Below are positions 8,343 to 16,463 of a stretch of DNA of 64,000 nucleotides, one piece after another. Under the pieces are notes generated by a model. It made no database searches, was not told the DNA's origin, and was given only the letters and a program-made list of their open reading frames with translations. The stretch is from Candidatus Saccharimonadales bacterium. Lineage in GTDB: Bacteria; Patescibacteriota; Saccharimonadia; Saccharimonadales; 2-12-FULL-41-12. Made by a program: the position numbers and the translations under genes. The first letter of the stretch is position 1; each line of letters starts with the position of its first letter. Location of the stretch: contig JANWLD010000001.1 in assembly GCA_025451045.1 (NCBI GenBank), forward strand, positions 343,468-407,467, in the 5' to 3' direction.

Positions 8343-10838
8343 ATGAAGAGATACAATCCTAAAGAGTTAGAGCCACGCTGGCAGAAAACGTGGGATAAAG
8401 ACGGTACTTACAAGGCCAATCTTAAAAGCGATAAGCCTAAATATATCGCTATGAGTATGTTCAATTACCCAAGTGGTACCGGTATCCACATTGGTCACGC
8501 TATGAACTACACCATAAGCGATGTGAAGGCTCGGTTTAAGCGCCAATCCGGCTATGAAAGTTATCACCCGGTCGGCTGGGACGCCTTCGGCTTGCCGGCG
8601 GAAAATTATGCCATCAAAGCCGGTGTTTCGCCGAGCCGGAGCATGGCGAAGATAATTCCTGATTATCACAAACAATACAAAGCCATGGCTTGGAGCAATG
8701 ACTGGTCCAAAGAGATTTCTACCCACGAACCTGAATACTACAAATGGACACAATGGATTTTCTCGCAGATGTATAAAAATAAACTGGCTTACCAAGATGC
8801 ACGCTTGCAATGGTGGTGCGAGAAATGCCAGACAGTGCTTGCCAACGAACAGGTAATTGATGGTAAATGCTGGCGGCATGATAGCGCAGATGACCCGCTG
8901 GTCGAGAAAAAAGAAGTCAAGCAATGGTTCTTCAAAATTACCGATTATGCCGACGAGTTGCTAGATGCTATCGATTCTCTGGATTGGACCGACAGCGTCA
9001 AACTGGCCCAGAAAAACTGGATAGGTAAAAAAACCGGCATTAATATAACCTATTCTATTGAAGGCATTACTGAAGAAAGGGAAGTAACCTGCTTTACGAC
9101 CAGACCGGACACAAACTTCGGAGCTACATTCATTGTCATTTCTCCGGAACACGAGCTGGCTGAAGAACTTGCAAATGGAAAACTAGCTGCAAAAACTGGA
9201 AGCGACATGAAAAAAATTGCTGAATATATTAAAGCTTCGACAGTGAAAAGTGAGATTGAACGTCAACAAGAGGGCCGCAAAAAAACCGGCGTATTCACCG
9301 GATTGTATGCCGTGAACCAATTAAATAATCAAAAACTACCTATTTATATCGGAGATTTTGTCCTGTCTGGATTTGGTACCGGTGCCGTGGTTGGTGTACC
9401 AGGCCATGACATCCGCGATTTCGAATTTGCCCAAGCATTTGATTTACCAATTGAGAGGGTGGTAGTAGGTGATGATGGTGACGAGTTGCCCATAACCCGA
9501 GCCGAACAAGTCCAAGAAGACAATGGCAAAATGATTAATTCTGAGTTTTTGGATGGCTTGCATATAAAAGATGCTACCGAAAAGATGATGGATCACATGG
9601 AAGCAAAAAATATGGGCAAGCGCGTGGTTAATTATCGAATGCGGGATTGGAGCGTCAGCAGGCAGCGTTATTGGGGCGCGCCGATTCCTATTATTCATTG
9701 TCCAAAAGACGGCATCGTTTTGGTCCCGGACGAGCAATTGCCAGTGGTATTGCCACAGCTGGAAGACTTCAAGCCGAGTGGCGACGGCAGGAGCGCATTG
9801 GCTCGTGCTAAAGACTGGCTCAGTGTTGAGTGTCCCAAGTGCGGCGGCAAAGCGGAGCGCGAAACCGATACACTTGACACATACATCGACAGCAGTTGGT
9901 ATATGTACCGTTATTTTGATCCTCAAAACCAAGACAAGATTTTTGATAGTGAAATTGTTAAAAAATGGGAACCGATTGATTTTTATAACGGCGCCGACCA
10001 TGCCACAGCCCATCTGCTTTACGCGCGTTTCATCGCCCGGTTTTTCACCAAACTGGGTCTGGTTAATGAGCCGGAGCCGTTCAAGCAGTTCCTGTTCAAT
10101 GGCAAAGTGGTAGCCCAAGATGGCGCGATGTTTTCCAAGAGCAAAGGTAATGGCGTAGATCCGCTGGATATTATCAATCAGGGTTACGGCGCCGATGCCT
10201 TGCGGACATATCTGATGTTTGCCGCCCCGCTAGAGCTTTGGACCAAGTGGGACCCCCAAGGAGTGCCCGGCACGTACCGATTCCTTGCTCGTATTTGGAA
10301 TCTTACGCAGGAATATCTATCGGCCCAAGAGGGAAATACTGAAGATAAGCTGACCCAAGATATTCACAGAACTATTCATGGCATGATTAAGAAAGTAACA
10401 AAAGATATAGAAGAAAATCGTTATAACACCGCGATTGCCTCGATTATGCAGGCGGTCAACGAGCTTTATAAGTTCAAAACAAAAAGCCTAGCTCGCTCCG
10501 ATGTATGGCAAGAGGCGTTTGAGGGCGTAATTATGTGCGTCGCGCCGTTCGCACCGCACATCGCGGACGAATTATGGCATCAACTTGGCTACAAGGATTC
10601 CGTTCATATCGACCATTGGCCCAAATATGATGATAAGTACCTGGCAAGCGATGAAATTACCATAGTGGTGCAGGTAAATGGCAAAGTCAGGGCAAATATA
10701 ACTATGCCAAGTGATGCAACGGAAGAAGACATAGTAAAAACTGCCAAGGTAAACGAAAAGGTTAAAGAATATCTAAATAAAAAAGAGGTACGCAAAACTA
10801 TTTACGTACCCCGGAAGTTGGTTAACTTCGTCGTCTAA
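8343..10838 (+). CDS. leuS: leucine--tRNA ligase
   Basis: 831 aa; HIGH-type 'HIGHAMNY', KMSKS-type 'MFSKSKG', CP1 editing insertion; starts immediately after the ilvE stop. Confidence 0.95.
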   Translation: MKRYNPKELEPRWQKTWDKDGTYKANLKSDKPKYIAMSMFNYPSGTGIHIGHAMNYTISDVKARFKRQSGYESYHPVGWDAFGLPAENYAIKAGVSPSRSMAKIIPDYHKQYKAMAWSNDWSKEISTHEPEYYKWTQWIFSQMYKNKLAYQDARLQWWCEKCQTVLANEQVIDGKCWRHDSADDPLVEKKEVKQWFFKITDYADELLDAIDSLDWTDSVKLAQKNWIGKKTGINITYSIEGITEEREVTCFTTRPDTNFGATFIVISPEHELAEELANGKLAAKTGSDMKKIAEYIKASTVKSEIERQQEGRKKTGVFTGLYAVNQLNNQKLPIYIGDFVLSGFGTGAVVGVPGHDIRDFEFAQAFDLPIERVVVGDDGDELPITRAEQVQEDNGKMINSEFLDGLHIKDATEKMMDHMEAKNMGKRVVNYRMRDWSVSRQRYWGAPIPIIHCPKDGIVLVPDEQLPVVLPQLEDFKPSGDGRSALARAKDWLSVECPKCGGKAERETDTLDTYIDSSWYMYRYFDPQNQDKIFDSEIVKKWEPIDFYNGADHATAHLLYARFIARFFTKLGLVNEPEPFKQFLFNGKVVAQDGAMFSKSKGNGVDPLDIINQGYGADALRTYLMFAAPLELWTKWDPQGVPGTYRFLARIWNLTQEYLSAQEGNTEDKLTQDIHRTIHGMIKKVTKDIEENRYNTAIASIMQAVNELYKFKTKSLARSDVWQEAFEGVIMCVAPFAPHIADELWHQLGYKDSVHIDHWPKYDDKYLASDEITIVVQVNGKVRANITMPSDATEEDIVKTAKVNEKVKEYLNKKEVRKTIYVPRKLVNFVV

Positions 10839-10842
10839 TATT

Positions 10843-11112
10843 TTAACCGCTAGACTTGGAGCCTAATTTTTCTCGGATAGTACTAGGGACAGTAGTCAAA
10901 TCTTCAACTGCACCCATGAACCCTTCGGTAGCTCTTTCGCCAACATCCATAGCCTTTAGGCCAAAATCACTTGCAGCTTCAACTACGGGACCATCACTGC
11001 CGAACCCGCGGACTTCATCGTTAGCTTCCCGGGCAGCTTTTACTCGTGCCAAGTTAGCCGCTTTATCGGCTTCAGAGGTTGCAAATGGGTTTGGTTCGAT
11101 TTCTCGTGCCAT
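10843..11112 (-). CDS. hypothetical small protein (89 aa)
   Basis: Two mutually antisense ORFs here; the minus one is preferred because of TATTAT(11124-11119)-N6-ATG(11112) geometry and a more protein-like composition. Confidence 0.45.
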   Translation of the reverse strand: MAREIEPNPFATSEADKAANLARVKAAREANDEVRGFGSDGPVVEAASDFGLKAMDVGERATEGFMGAVEDLTTVPSTIREKLGSKSSG

Positions 11113-11118
11113 GACCGT

Positions 11119-11124
11119 ATAATA
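11119..11124 (-). promoter_or_regulatory. -10 box (TATTAT) placed N6 upstream of ATG 11112: leaderless-type promoter
   Basis: minus-strand read: TATTAT acggtc ATG. Confidence 0.45.
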
Positions 11125-11275
11125 GCACTTATGCTAAATTTTGTCAATATTATTATATCGTACCTCTGTATTAGTGGTTGAAAAAAGTATTGATTTGTGC
11201 TAAATTACCCTATAACGATTAATTAATTTACTTCCTGTTTGCGGCTTTTGCCGTTAGTAGCGAAAGGAGAAAAGA

Positions 11276-11431
11276 GTGGGAAAACCCAAAAAAAGAACCA
11301 CCCATCGCCGTACTGGCAACCGCCGGAGCCATCTGGTACTGAAGCTAGCACGTAAGGTTAACTCGAGAAGCCCGGTCAAAGCCTTTACTACCAGGCGTGA
11401 ATCTGGCAAAAAACTTGCATCAAGTAAATAA
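11276..11431 (+). CDS. rpmF: 50S ribosomal protein L32
   Basis: 51 codons, below the ORF-track cutoff; GTG start 6 nt after AAAGGAG; translation 'GKPKKRTTHRRTGNRRSHLVLK...' matches the L32 N-terminal basic motif. Confidence 0.75.
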   Translation: MGKPKKRTTHRRTGNRRSHLVLKLARKVNSRSPVKAFTTRRESGKKLASSK

Positions 11432-11492
11432 TTATTCGCGAATCAACTCCAGTAATGCGTTATAATAATCGTCAGGAGTAAAGTTTAACAAT

Positions 11493-11981
11493 ATGAGTGC
11501 CAATCGCCATTTAGGCCGGATTATCGCCCTCCAAACTCTTTACGAAGCAGCGTTTCGTCTCGAGTGTAAGGATGATAAGGTCGATTTGGACGCCATATTG
11601 AAGCGCAACATCGGCCGTTATAAAGCGGCTTTGGATGACAAGGAGTTCATTCTCAGGCTGGTCAAAGGGGTCCAAAAGGACTCGGCCAAACTGGATAAGA
11701 TACTTCAGCCAATCGCACCCGAGTGGCCGCTTAACCAGATAGCGAAGATTGATCTCTCTATTCTTCGTATCGGCGCCTATGAGCTGATCAACCACAAAGA
11801 TGTACCAGCTAAAGTGGTAATCAATGAGGCGGTCGAGCTAGCCAAATCATTTGGCGGCGATAACTCATCAAAATTTATCAACGGCGTACTTGGCACTTTG
11901 CTCAAACAATCAACAGATAAACCTAAGCCGGTAGCCAAAAAACCGGCAAAGAAACCTGCTAAATCGAAAGGTAAAGCTTAA
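11493..11981 (+). CDS. nusB: transcription antitermination factor NusB with K/P-rich tail
   Basis: 162 aa; '[10 protein letters not shown]', '[16 protein letters not shown]' NusB core; AGGAG RBS upstream; C-terminal '[20 protein letters not shown]'. Confidence 0.9.
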   Translation: MSANRHLGRIIALQTLYEAAFRLECKDDKVDLDAILKRNIGRYKAALDDKEFILRLVKGVQKDSAKLDKILQPIAPEWPLNQIAKIDLSILRIGAYELINHKDVPAKVVINEAVELAKSFGGDNSSKFINGVLGTLLKQSTDKPKPVAKKPAKKPAKSKGKA

Positions 11982-11995
11982 TTTATACAAATCAG

Positions 11996-12520
11996 ATGAA
12001 GAAACCTATAAAGAAACCCCACATCAAGCGGCCGAAGCCGATACAAGGGATAAAGAAATTCATTCCTAGGCGCAAACCTGCGATAAATGAAGTAGTTCGA
12101 GAACCAACCAGTGGCGGTATGGTTTTTCGCCGCAATAAAAAAAATGAGATAGAAATTCTGCTAATCCAAGATGCCAAGGACCGCTGGACGATACCTAAAG
12201 GCCATATTGAAGAAGGCGAATCGCCAAAAGAAACAGCCGAGCGGGAAATCCGCGAGGAAACCGGCCTTCAAGAGATGAAAGTGCTTAATTGGCTTGGCAA
12301 AATTAATTTCCGATACCGCCGCGCCACTAGCTTGGTTTTGATGACCACCGAGATTTTCTTGGTACAAGCCAAAGGCGACACCAGCAAACTTAAGCCTGAA
12401 GACTGGATGAACGGCATCGCGTGGTTTAAGGCCAACGAGGCGCTCGACAAAATTGAATACGAGGATATCGGCAAGATTATCCTTTTGGGATTAAAGAAAA
12501 TACGACATGCCGGACTCTAA
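11996..12520 (+). CDS. NUDIX hydrolase
   Basis: 174 aa; Nudix box 'GHIEEGESPKETAEREIREETGL'; basic N-terminal extension. Confidence 0.85.
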   Translation: MKKPIKKPHIKRPKPIQGIKKFIPRRKPAINEVVREPTSGGMVFRRNKKNEIEILLIQDAKDRWTIPKGHIEEGESPKETAEREIREETGLQEMKVLNWLGKINFRYRRATSLVLMTTEIFLVQAKGDTSKLKPEDWMNGIAWFKANEALDKIEYEDIGKIILLGLKKIRHAGL

Positions 12521-13271
12521 TACTCAACTCATACACTTAGACAAGAATATTATCAATAAATACCGCGAATTTGCCCGTAATGTTTTAGACGTAGAATTTA
12601 AAGATATCGCATTGCTGATAACTTCTTTTACCCATCGTTCATATGTAAATGAACATAAGAAAACAGCCAAAGAGCACAATGAGCGGCTGGAATTCTTGGG
12701 CGACGCGGTGTTAGAGCTGGCTGTTACCGAATATCTTTACAATAATTTTCCTGAGCCGGAAGGCATACTTACCAACTGGCGCAGCGCGCTGGTTCGGACC
12801 GAAAGTATCGGTGCTGCCGCTGAAACGGCCGGATTTGAGCCATACTTGCGGCTTAGCAAAGGTGAAAAACGAGGTACCGAGCGGGCCAAAGCGCAAATAT
12901 TGGCTAACTGCTACGAAGCAGTCGTCGGCGCGCTTTATCTCGACCAAGGCTATGAACCAACCAGAGCTTTCATTGATAAAAGTATCCTTTCAACCTTGCC
13001 AAAGATACTGGCTACCGGTTCATGGATGGATGCTAAAAGCCACCTGCAGGAAGTCGCGCAAAGAAAAGAAGGTTCAACACCTGTTTATAGGGTTTTGAGC
13101 GAAGAAGGACCGGATCATGATAAAACTTTCACAATAGGTGTTTTTGTAGCTGGCAAATTGCGTGGCAAGGGGACTGGACACAGCAAGCAGACCGGCCAAC
13201 AGAATGCGGCCGAGGAAGCTCTCAAATATTTTAAAGTGCCGCCCAAAAAACCCAAGAAAGACAACCCTTAA
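12507..13271 (+). CDS. rnc: ribonuclease III
   Basis: 254 aa; signature 'ERLEFLGDAVLE'; C-terminal dsRBD ('DHDKTFTIGVFV...KQTGQQNAAEEAL'); 14-nt overlap with the NUDIX gene. Confidence 0.95.
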   Translation: MPDSNTQLIHLDKNIINKYREFARNVLDVEFKDIALLITSFTHRSYVNEHKKTAKEHNERLEFLGDAVLELAVTEYLYNNFPEPEGILTNWRSALVRTESIGAAAETAGFEPYLRLSKGEKRGTERAKAQILANCYEAVVGALYLDQGYEPTRAFIDKSILSTLPKILATGSWMDAKSHLQEVAQRKEGSTPVYRVLSEEGPDHDKTFTIGVFVAGKLRGKGTGHSKQTGQQNAAEEALKYFKVPPKKPKKDNP

Positions 13272-13282
13272 TCGTGAGATTA

Positions 13283-13311
13283 TTGACAACAGAGGTGAAT
13301 ATCTGTAGAAT
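13283..13311 (+). promoter_or_regulatory. sigma70-type promoter of rpsP
   Basis: TTGACA (13283-13288), 17-nt spacer, TAGAAT (13306-13311). Confidence 0.7.
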
Positions 13312-13381
13312 ACCCAAGATATTTATATTGGTTAATTTCCGGAAATTACCGGATTAAGTTAAAGGAAGAGTAAATTATTAG

Positions 13382-13936
13382 ATGCTAAGTATACGCATGC
13401 AAAGATTAGGCCGAAAAGGACATCCTATGTACCGAGTTGTTGTTCAGGACAGCCGACAATCGCCTGATAGCGGCAAATACATAGCTTTGCTTGGTAACTT
13501 TGACCCGCACAACAAAACCGCGAATATAGTCAAGGAGAAGGCCGAACATTACTTGAAACACGGCGCTCAACCATCTGAGAGGGTAGTGAAGCTGTTCAAG
13601 TCGGAAAAGATAGCCTTGCCGGCGTGGGTAAAAGAACCGGCCAAACAAGAGCGAAAGACGCGCAATCCGGAAAAACTGCGCAAAAACCGCCCGGTAGGTA
13701 CACCGGCTCCGGAAAAACCGGCTGAAGAAGCCACTTCGCAGACAGAAGTTGCGCAAGCCGAAGCTTCAGAAGAGGCAACCGAGAGTACATCTGAGTCCGA
13801 GCAACCAGCGGAAGAAACCACTGAAGAAACAGAGGAAACTAAGCAGCCAAAACAGGCTGACGAAACCGCTGAGACACCGGAAGCTGAAAAGAAAAGCGGC
13901 GAAGCCGACGAAGATTCTACCGACAAAAAGGCTTGA
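13382..13936 (+). CDS. rpsP: 30S ribosomal protein S16 with long acidic C-terminal extension
   Basis: 184 aa; N-terminus 'MLSIRMQRLGRKGHPMYRVVV' colinear with S16; about 90-aa E/T/A-rich tail. Confidence 0.9.
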   Translation: MLSIRMQRLGRKGHPMYRVVVQDSRQSPDSGKYIALLGNFDPHNKTANIVKEKAEHYLKHGAQPSERVVKLFKSEKIALPAWVKEPAKQERKTRNPEKLRKNRPVGTPAPEKPAEEATSQTEVAQAEASEEATESTSESEQPAEETTEETEETKQPKQADETAETPEAEKKSGEADEDSTDKKA

Positions 13937-14011
13937 GCCTTTACCAGTTTGGCGAGGCCGGATTGTTTTGTTATACTAGCGAAAGCCAGATATTAACAAG
14001 GAGGAAAACCT

Positions 14012-14491
14012 GTGAGCATTGACCAGCAATTTGTTGAGTTTGTCGTAAAATCTTTAGTCAGCAAGCCTGATGAAGTCAAAGTTGAACGACGTATAGACGA
14101 GAAGGGGGTTCTGCTTGAACTCACTGTCGATCCGGAAGATTTAGGCCGGGTTATCGGCAAGCGGGGCGCGACTGCCCAAAGCATCCGCACATTACTAAGG
14201 GCGTTAGGTACCAAGAATGATGCCCGTTATAACCTAAAAATCGTCGACAACGGTCCGGAAAGACCGCCTCGCGATTCTTCTTCGAACGATAGCAGGGGCA
14301 GCGGCGGACTTTGGGGTGATGATGAAGGCAACTCTCCTGCCAAGGATGAAAAAGCAAAAGAAGCCGTCGAAGAAGCCGTTGCAGAAGTTGAACAGGCTCC
14401 AGAAGAAGCCGCTCCAGTCGAAGAAGAGAAAGAGGATACTTTTTCCCGGACTCGCAAGGAACTTGCTGACCTCGACGATTTGGATGTGTAA
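14012..14491 (+). CDS. KH-domain RNA-binding protein (YlqC/UPF0109-like) with acidic tail
   Basis: 159 aa; GTG start after AAGGAGG; KH GXXG loop 'VIGKRGATAQSIRTLL'; canonical position after rpsP. Confidence 0.85.
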   Translation: MSIDQQFVEFVVKSLVSKPDEVKVERRIDEKGVLLELTVDPEDLGRVIGKRGATAQSIRTLLRALGTKNDARYNLKIVDNGPERPPRDSSSNDSRGSGGLWGDDEGNSPAKDEKAKEAVEEAVAEVEQAPEEAAPVEEEKEDTFSRTRKELADLDDLDV

Positions 14492-14507
14492 AACATCCAA
14501 ATCATAG

Positions 14508-14536
14508 TTGATTTAGTTGATAGATTTGGGTATAAT
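14508..14536 (+). promoter_or_regulatory. sigma70-type promoter inside the KH-trmD spacer
   Basis: TTGATT (14508-14513), 17-nt spacer, TATAAT (14531-14536). Confidence 0.6.
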
Positions 14537-14542
14537 TTTCTC

Positions 14543-14648
14543 TAGTCGAATGACTTAAAAATTTAAAAAGCTCAATGCGAGCAATTCGAAAATCGAATTG
14601 GAGCTTTATGTGGCAGAACGAACCCAACACGAGGGTTCTTTTTGTTTT
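14543..14648 (+). ncRNA. candidate structured small RNA (unclassified)
   Basis: Own promoter; helix aaagctc/gagcttt (14567-14573 / 14601-14607) enclosing the 8-bp perfect stem caattcga/tcgaattg with an 8-nt bulge; own terminator; no SD-preceded ORF. Confidence 0.4.
14620..14648 (+). terminator. rho-independent terminator
   Basis: gaaccc-aacacga-gggttc followed by tttttgtttt. Confidence 0.7.
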
Positions 14649-14745
14649 AGAAAGAGAAAATTTTCAAAAAATAGATGGCCGTCCAAAAATTGAAAATTAA
14701 AAAATGAGAAATCGAAGCCGTTACATTGTGAGATAATAGATGTGC

Positions 14746-15396
14746 ATGAAGATTCAGGTCATAAGTATTTTCCCGGAGATGTTTCCTAGCGTTTTGGAAA
14801 CCAGTATGCTTTTCAAGGCCAAAGACAAGGGCATAGTAGAATTTGATTACATAAACCTTCGTGATTTTGGGCTCGGACCTAGAAAATCAGTTGATGATAT
14901 CGTTTACGGCGGCGGGGACGGTATGTTACTGAAGCCTGAACCATTAATCGCATCCATTGAATATGCGAAAACCGAAGTTCCGAAATCTAAAATCATTCTG
15001 ATGACGCCCCGGGGTAAAAGGTTCAACCAAGCTACCGCCAAACAGTTTGCTGATGACAAACAGAATTTGATATTAGTTTGTGCCCGGTATGAGGGTTACG
15101 ACGAGCGGGTAGTTGAATTCGTCGACGAGCAGATATCAATCGGTGATTATGTACTGACCGGCGGGGAATTGCCGGCCATGGTAGTGATTGACAGCGTTGT
15201 AAGGCTATTGCCGGGGGTACTAGGCGGGGAAACGAGCGCGGAAATAGAAAGCTTTTCCGACGGAGAAACTCTGGAGTATCCTCAATATACCCGACCCGAA
15301 GATTTTCGTGGCAAAAAGGTTCCCAAGGTTCTTCTAAGCGGCAACCATGCCGAAATTGCCAAGTGGAGAAGGCAAAACTCTAAAAAAGCCGACTAG
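14746..15396 (+). CDS. trmD: tRNA (guanine37-N1)-methyltransferase
   Basis: 'MKIQVISIFPEMF' TrmD N-terminus; 'DDIVYGGGDGMLLKPEP'; 'ICARYEGYDER'; TGaGATAAT extended -10 at 14729-14737, 8 nt before this ATG. Confidence 0.9.
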   Translation: MKIQVISIFPEMFPSVLETSMLFKAKDKGIVEFDYINLRDFGLGPRKSVDDIVYGGGDGMLLKPEPLIASIEYAKTEVPKSKIILMTPRGKRFNQATAKQFADDKQNLILVCARYEGYDERVVEFVDEQISIGDYVLTGGELPAMVVIDSVVRLLPGVLGGETSAEIESFSDGETLEYPQYTRPEDFRGKKVPKVLLSGNHAEIAKWRRQNSKKAD

Positions 15397-16376
15397 ACTC
15401 GTCGGGTTAGATGGTCCGATTCGTCAATAATCTCGTGGCCGATAATTTCTTCTATCAAATCTTCAATAGTTATTATACCGACTATTTCGTCGCCTTTTTC
15501 TACCGGCATCAAATGGGTGCGGGCACTAATGAAATGTCTGAACATCGTATCTAGCGCAGTGCGGCTACCGACTGTTTTGGTCGGATGCAGTTGCAGTTCG
15601 GATACCTTGTAGCTTTTTTCATCGAAGTCTATGTCAACCAAATCTTTCATCCTAAGTATTCCGTAACAATGGCTCAAGCCTTTATTAAAAACCGGAATCC
15701 GGCTCCAGTTAGCGGCCTTTATCTCGTCGATTTTTATGGCGTCAATAACGCTATCGCGGGTCAGCCAATAAACACGCTGGACAGGAGTCATTATCTCGGC
15801 CACTTGTTTTTCGCTAAGCTGCAAAGCGCCCTTTATAATTTCGACTTCGTCATCGTCAAGGTCGCTTTCCGATTCGCCAAGATGGTCGCTTATAATAAGT
15901 CCCAATTCGCGGCGCGAATGTAGTCTTTGTCCCGTTTGCTCGCCGACGGCTCGGTCTAAGGCTATCTGCAGCGGTTTGGATAGCGGGTAAGTCAGGATAA
16001 TCATCAGTCGTAGCAGCGGCGAAAAGTAGGCGCAAAGCGTTAATGCGTGTTTAGTAAACAAAGCTTGCGGCAACAGTTCACCGAAAATTACCAACAGAAA
16101 AGTACTGATAAGCGCGGCGATTACTCCATTGAGCTTGGTGTGCAAGACTAACGGTATAATTGAAGCCATTGCGGCATTGACTAGCAGGATACTGGCCAGG
16201 CTCAGATGAGCATTTTTGCGAAGCGGCAATACTTTTTTAGCGTAATGGTTGCCTAGCTGGGCTTTGCGTTTTAAATCGTTCGGATTGAGGGAAATCAGGG
16301 CAATATTAAGGCCGGAACATACAGCCGCTAACGTAATCAGTAAAATAACGTAAAACAGAGTCGGGTCAATTGTCAT
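15393..16376 (-). CDS. CNNM/DUF21 + CBS-pair membrane protein (CorC/TlyC-like)
   Basis: 327 aa; N-terminal 4-TM DUF21 region, then tandem CBS ('VAEIMTPVQRV', 'IVGIITIEDLIEEIIG'); convergent 4-nt overlap with trmD. Confidence 0.8.
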   Translation of the reverse strand: MTIDPTLFYVILLITLAAVCSGLNIALISLNPNDLKRKAQLGNHYAKKVLPLRKNAHLSLASILLVNAAMASIIPLVLHTKLNGVIAALISTFLLVIFGELLPQALFTKHALTLCAYFSPLLRLMIILTYPLSKPLQIALDRAVGEQTGQRLHSRRELGLIISDHLGESESDLDDDEVEIIKGALQLSEKQVAEIMTPVQRVYWLTRDSVIDAIKIDEIKAANWSRIPVFNKGLSHCYGILRMKDLVDIDFDEKSYKVSELQLHPTKTVGSRTALDTMFRHFISARTHLMPVEKGDEIVGIITIEDLIEEIIGHEIIDESDHLTRRV

Positions 16377-16428
16377 CTAATGATAATTTTACACTTAAGC
16401 TTAGTTCTAATCAAAGTAGACACCCGGA

Positions 16429-16457
16429 TTGACTGGTAGTTTGTGATAAACTGTAAT
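16429..16457 (+). promoter_or_regulatory. promoter giving a leaderless pyrD-like mRNA
   Basis: TTGACT (16429-16434), 17-nt spacer, TGTAAT (16452-16457), N6, ATG 16464. Confidence 0.6.
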
Positions 16458-16463
16458 CTGAAT

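Noticed and set aside
8300-8345. T-box, riboswitch or attenuator leaders expected upstream of leuS, pheS (61618-61664), metK (55827-55901), purH (35338-35423), corA (57015-57120) and trpE
   Set aside because: The available upstream spaces are 0-106 nt and contain only promoter and RBS elements. That is too short for T-box, SAM-I, ZTP or M-box architectures, and none of their conserved cores is visible.
8367-10118. 185-aa and 224-aa ORFs antisense to leuS, and the 111-aa same-strand out-of-frame ORF 9778..10113
   Set aside because: All lie inside the strongly supported 831-aa leuS. They have no independent signals and are treated as shadow ORFs.
10856-11122. 88-aa plus-strand ORF overlapping the minus-strand 89-aa ORF
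   Set aside because: Only one of the antisense pair is likely to be real. The plus-strand product is a Ser/Ala/Pro/Thr-rich shadow-type sequence with no RBS or promoter. The minus-strand ORF has TATTAT-N6-ATG geometry. Neither has a recognisable family, so confidence stays low.
13700-13930. Apparent repeats in the rpsP 3' region (gaagaaac/gaggaaac words)
   Set aside because: This is compositional bias from an acidic E/T-rich protein tail, not a tandem DNA repeat or CRISPR-like array. The unit length and sequence are not regular.
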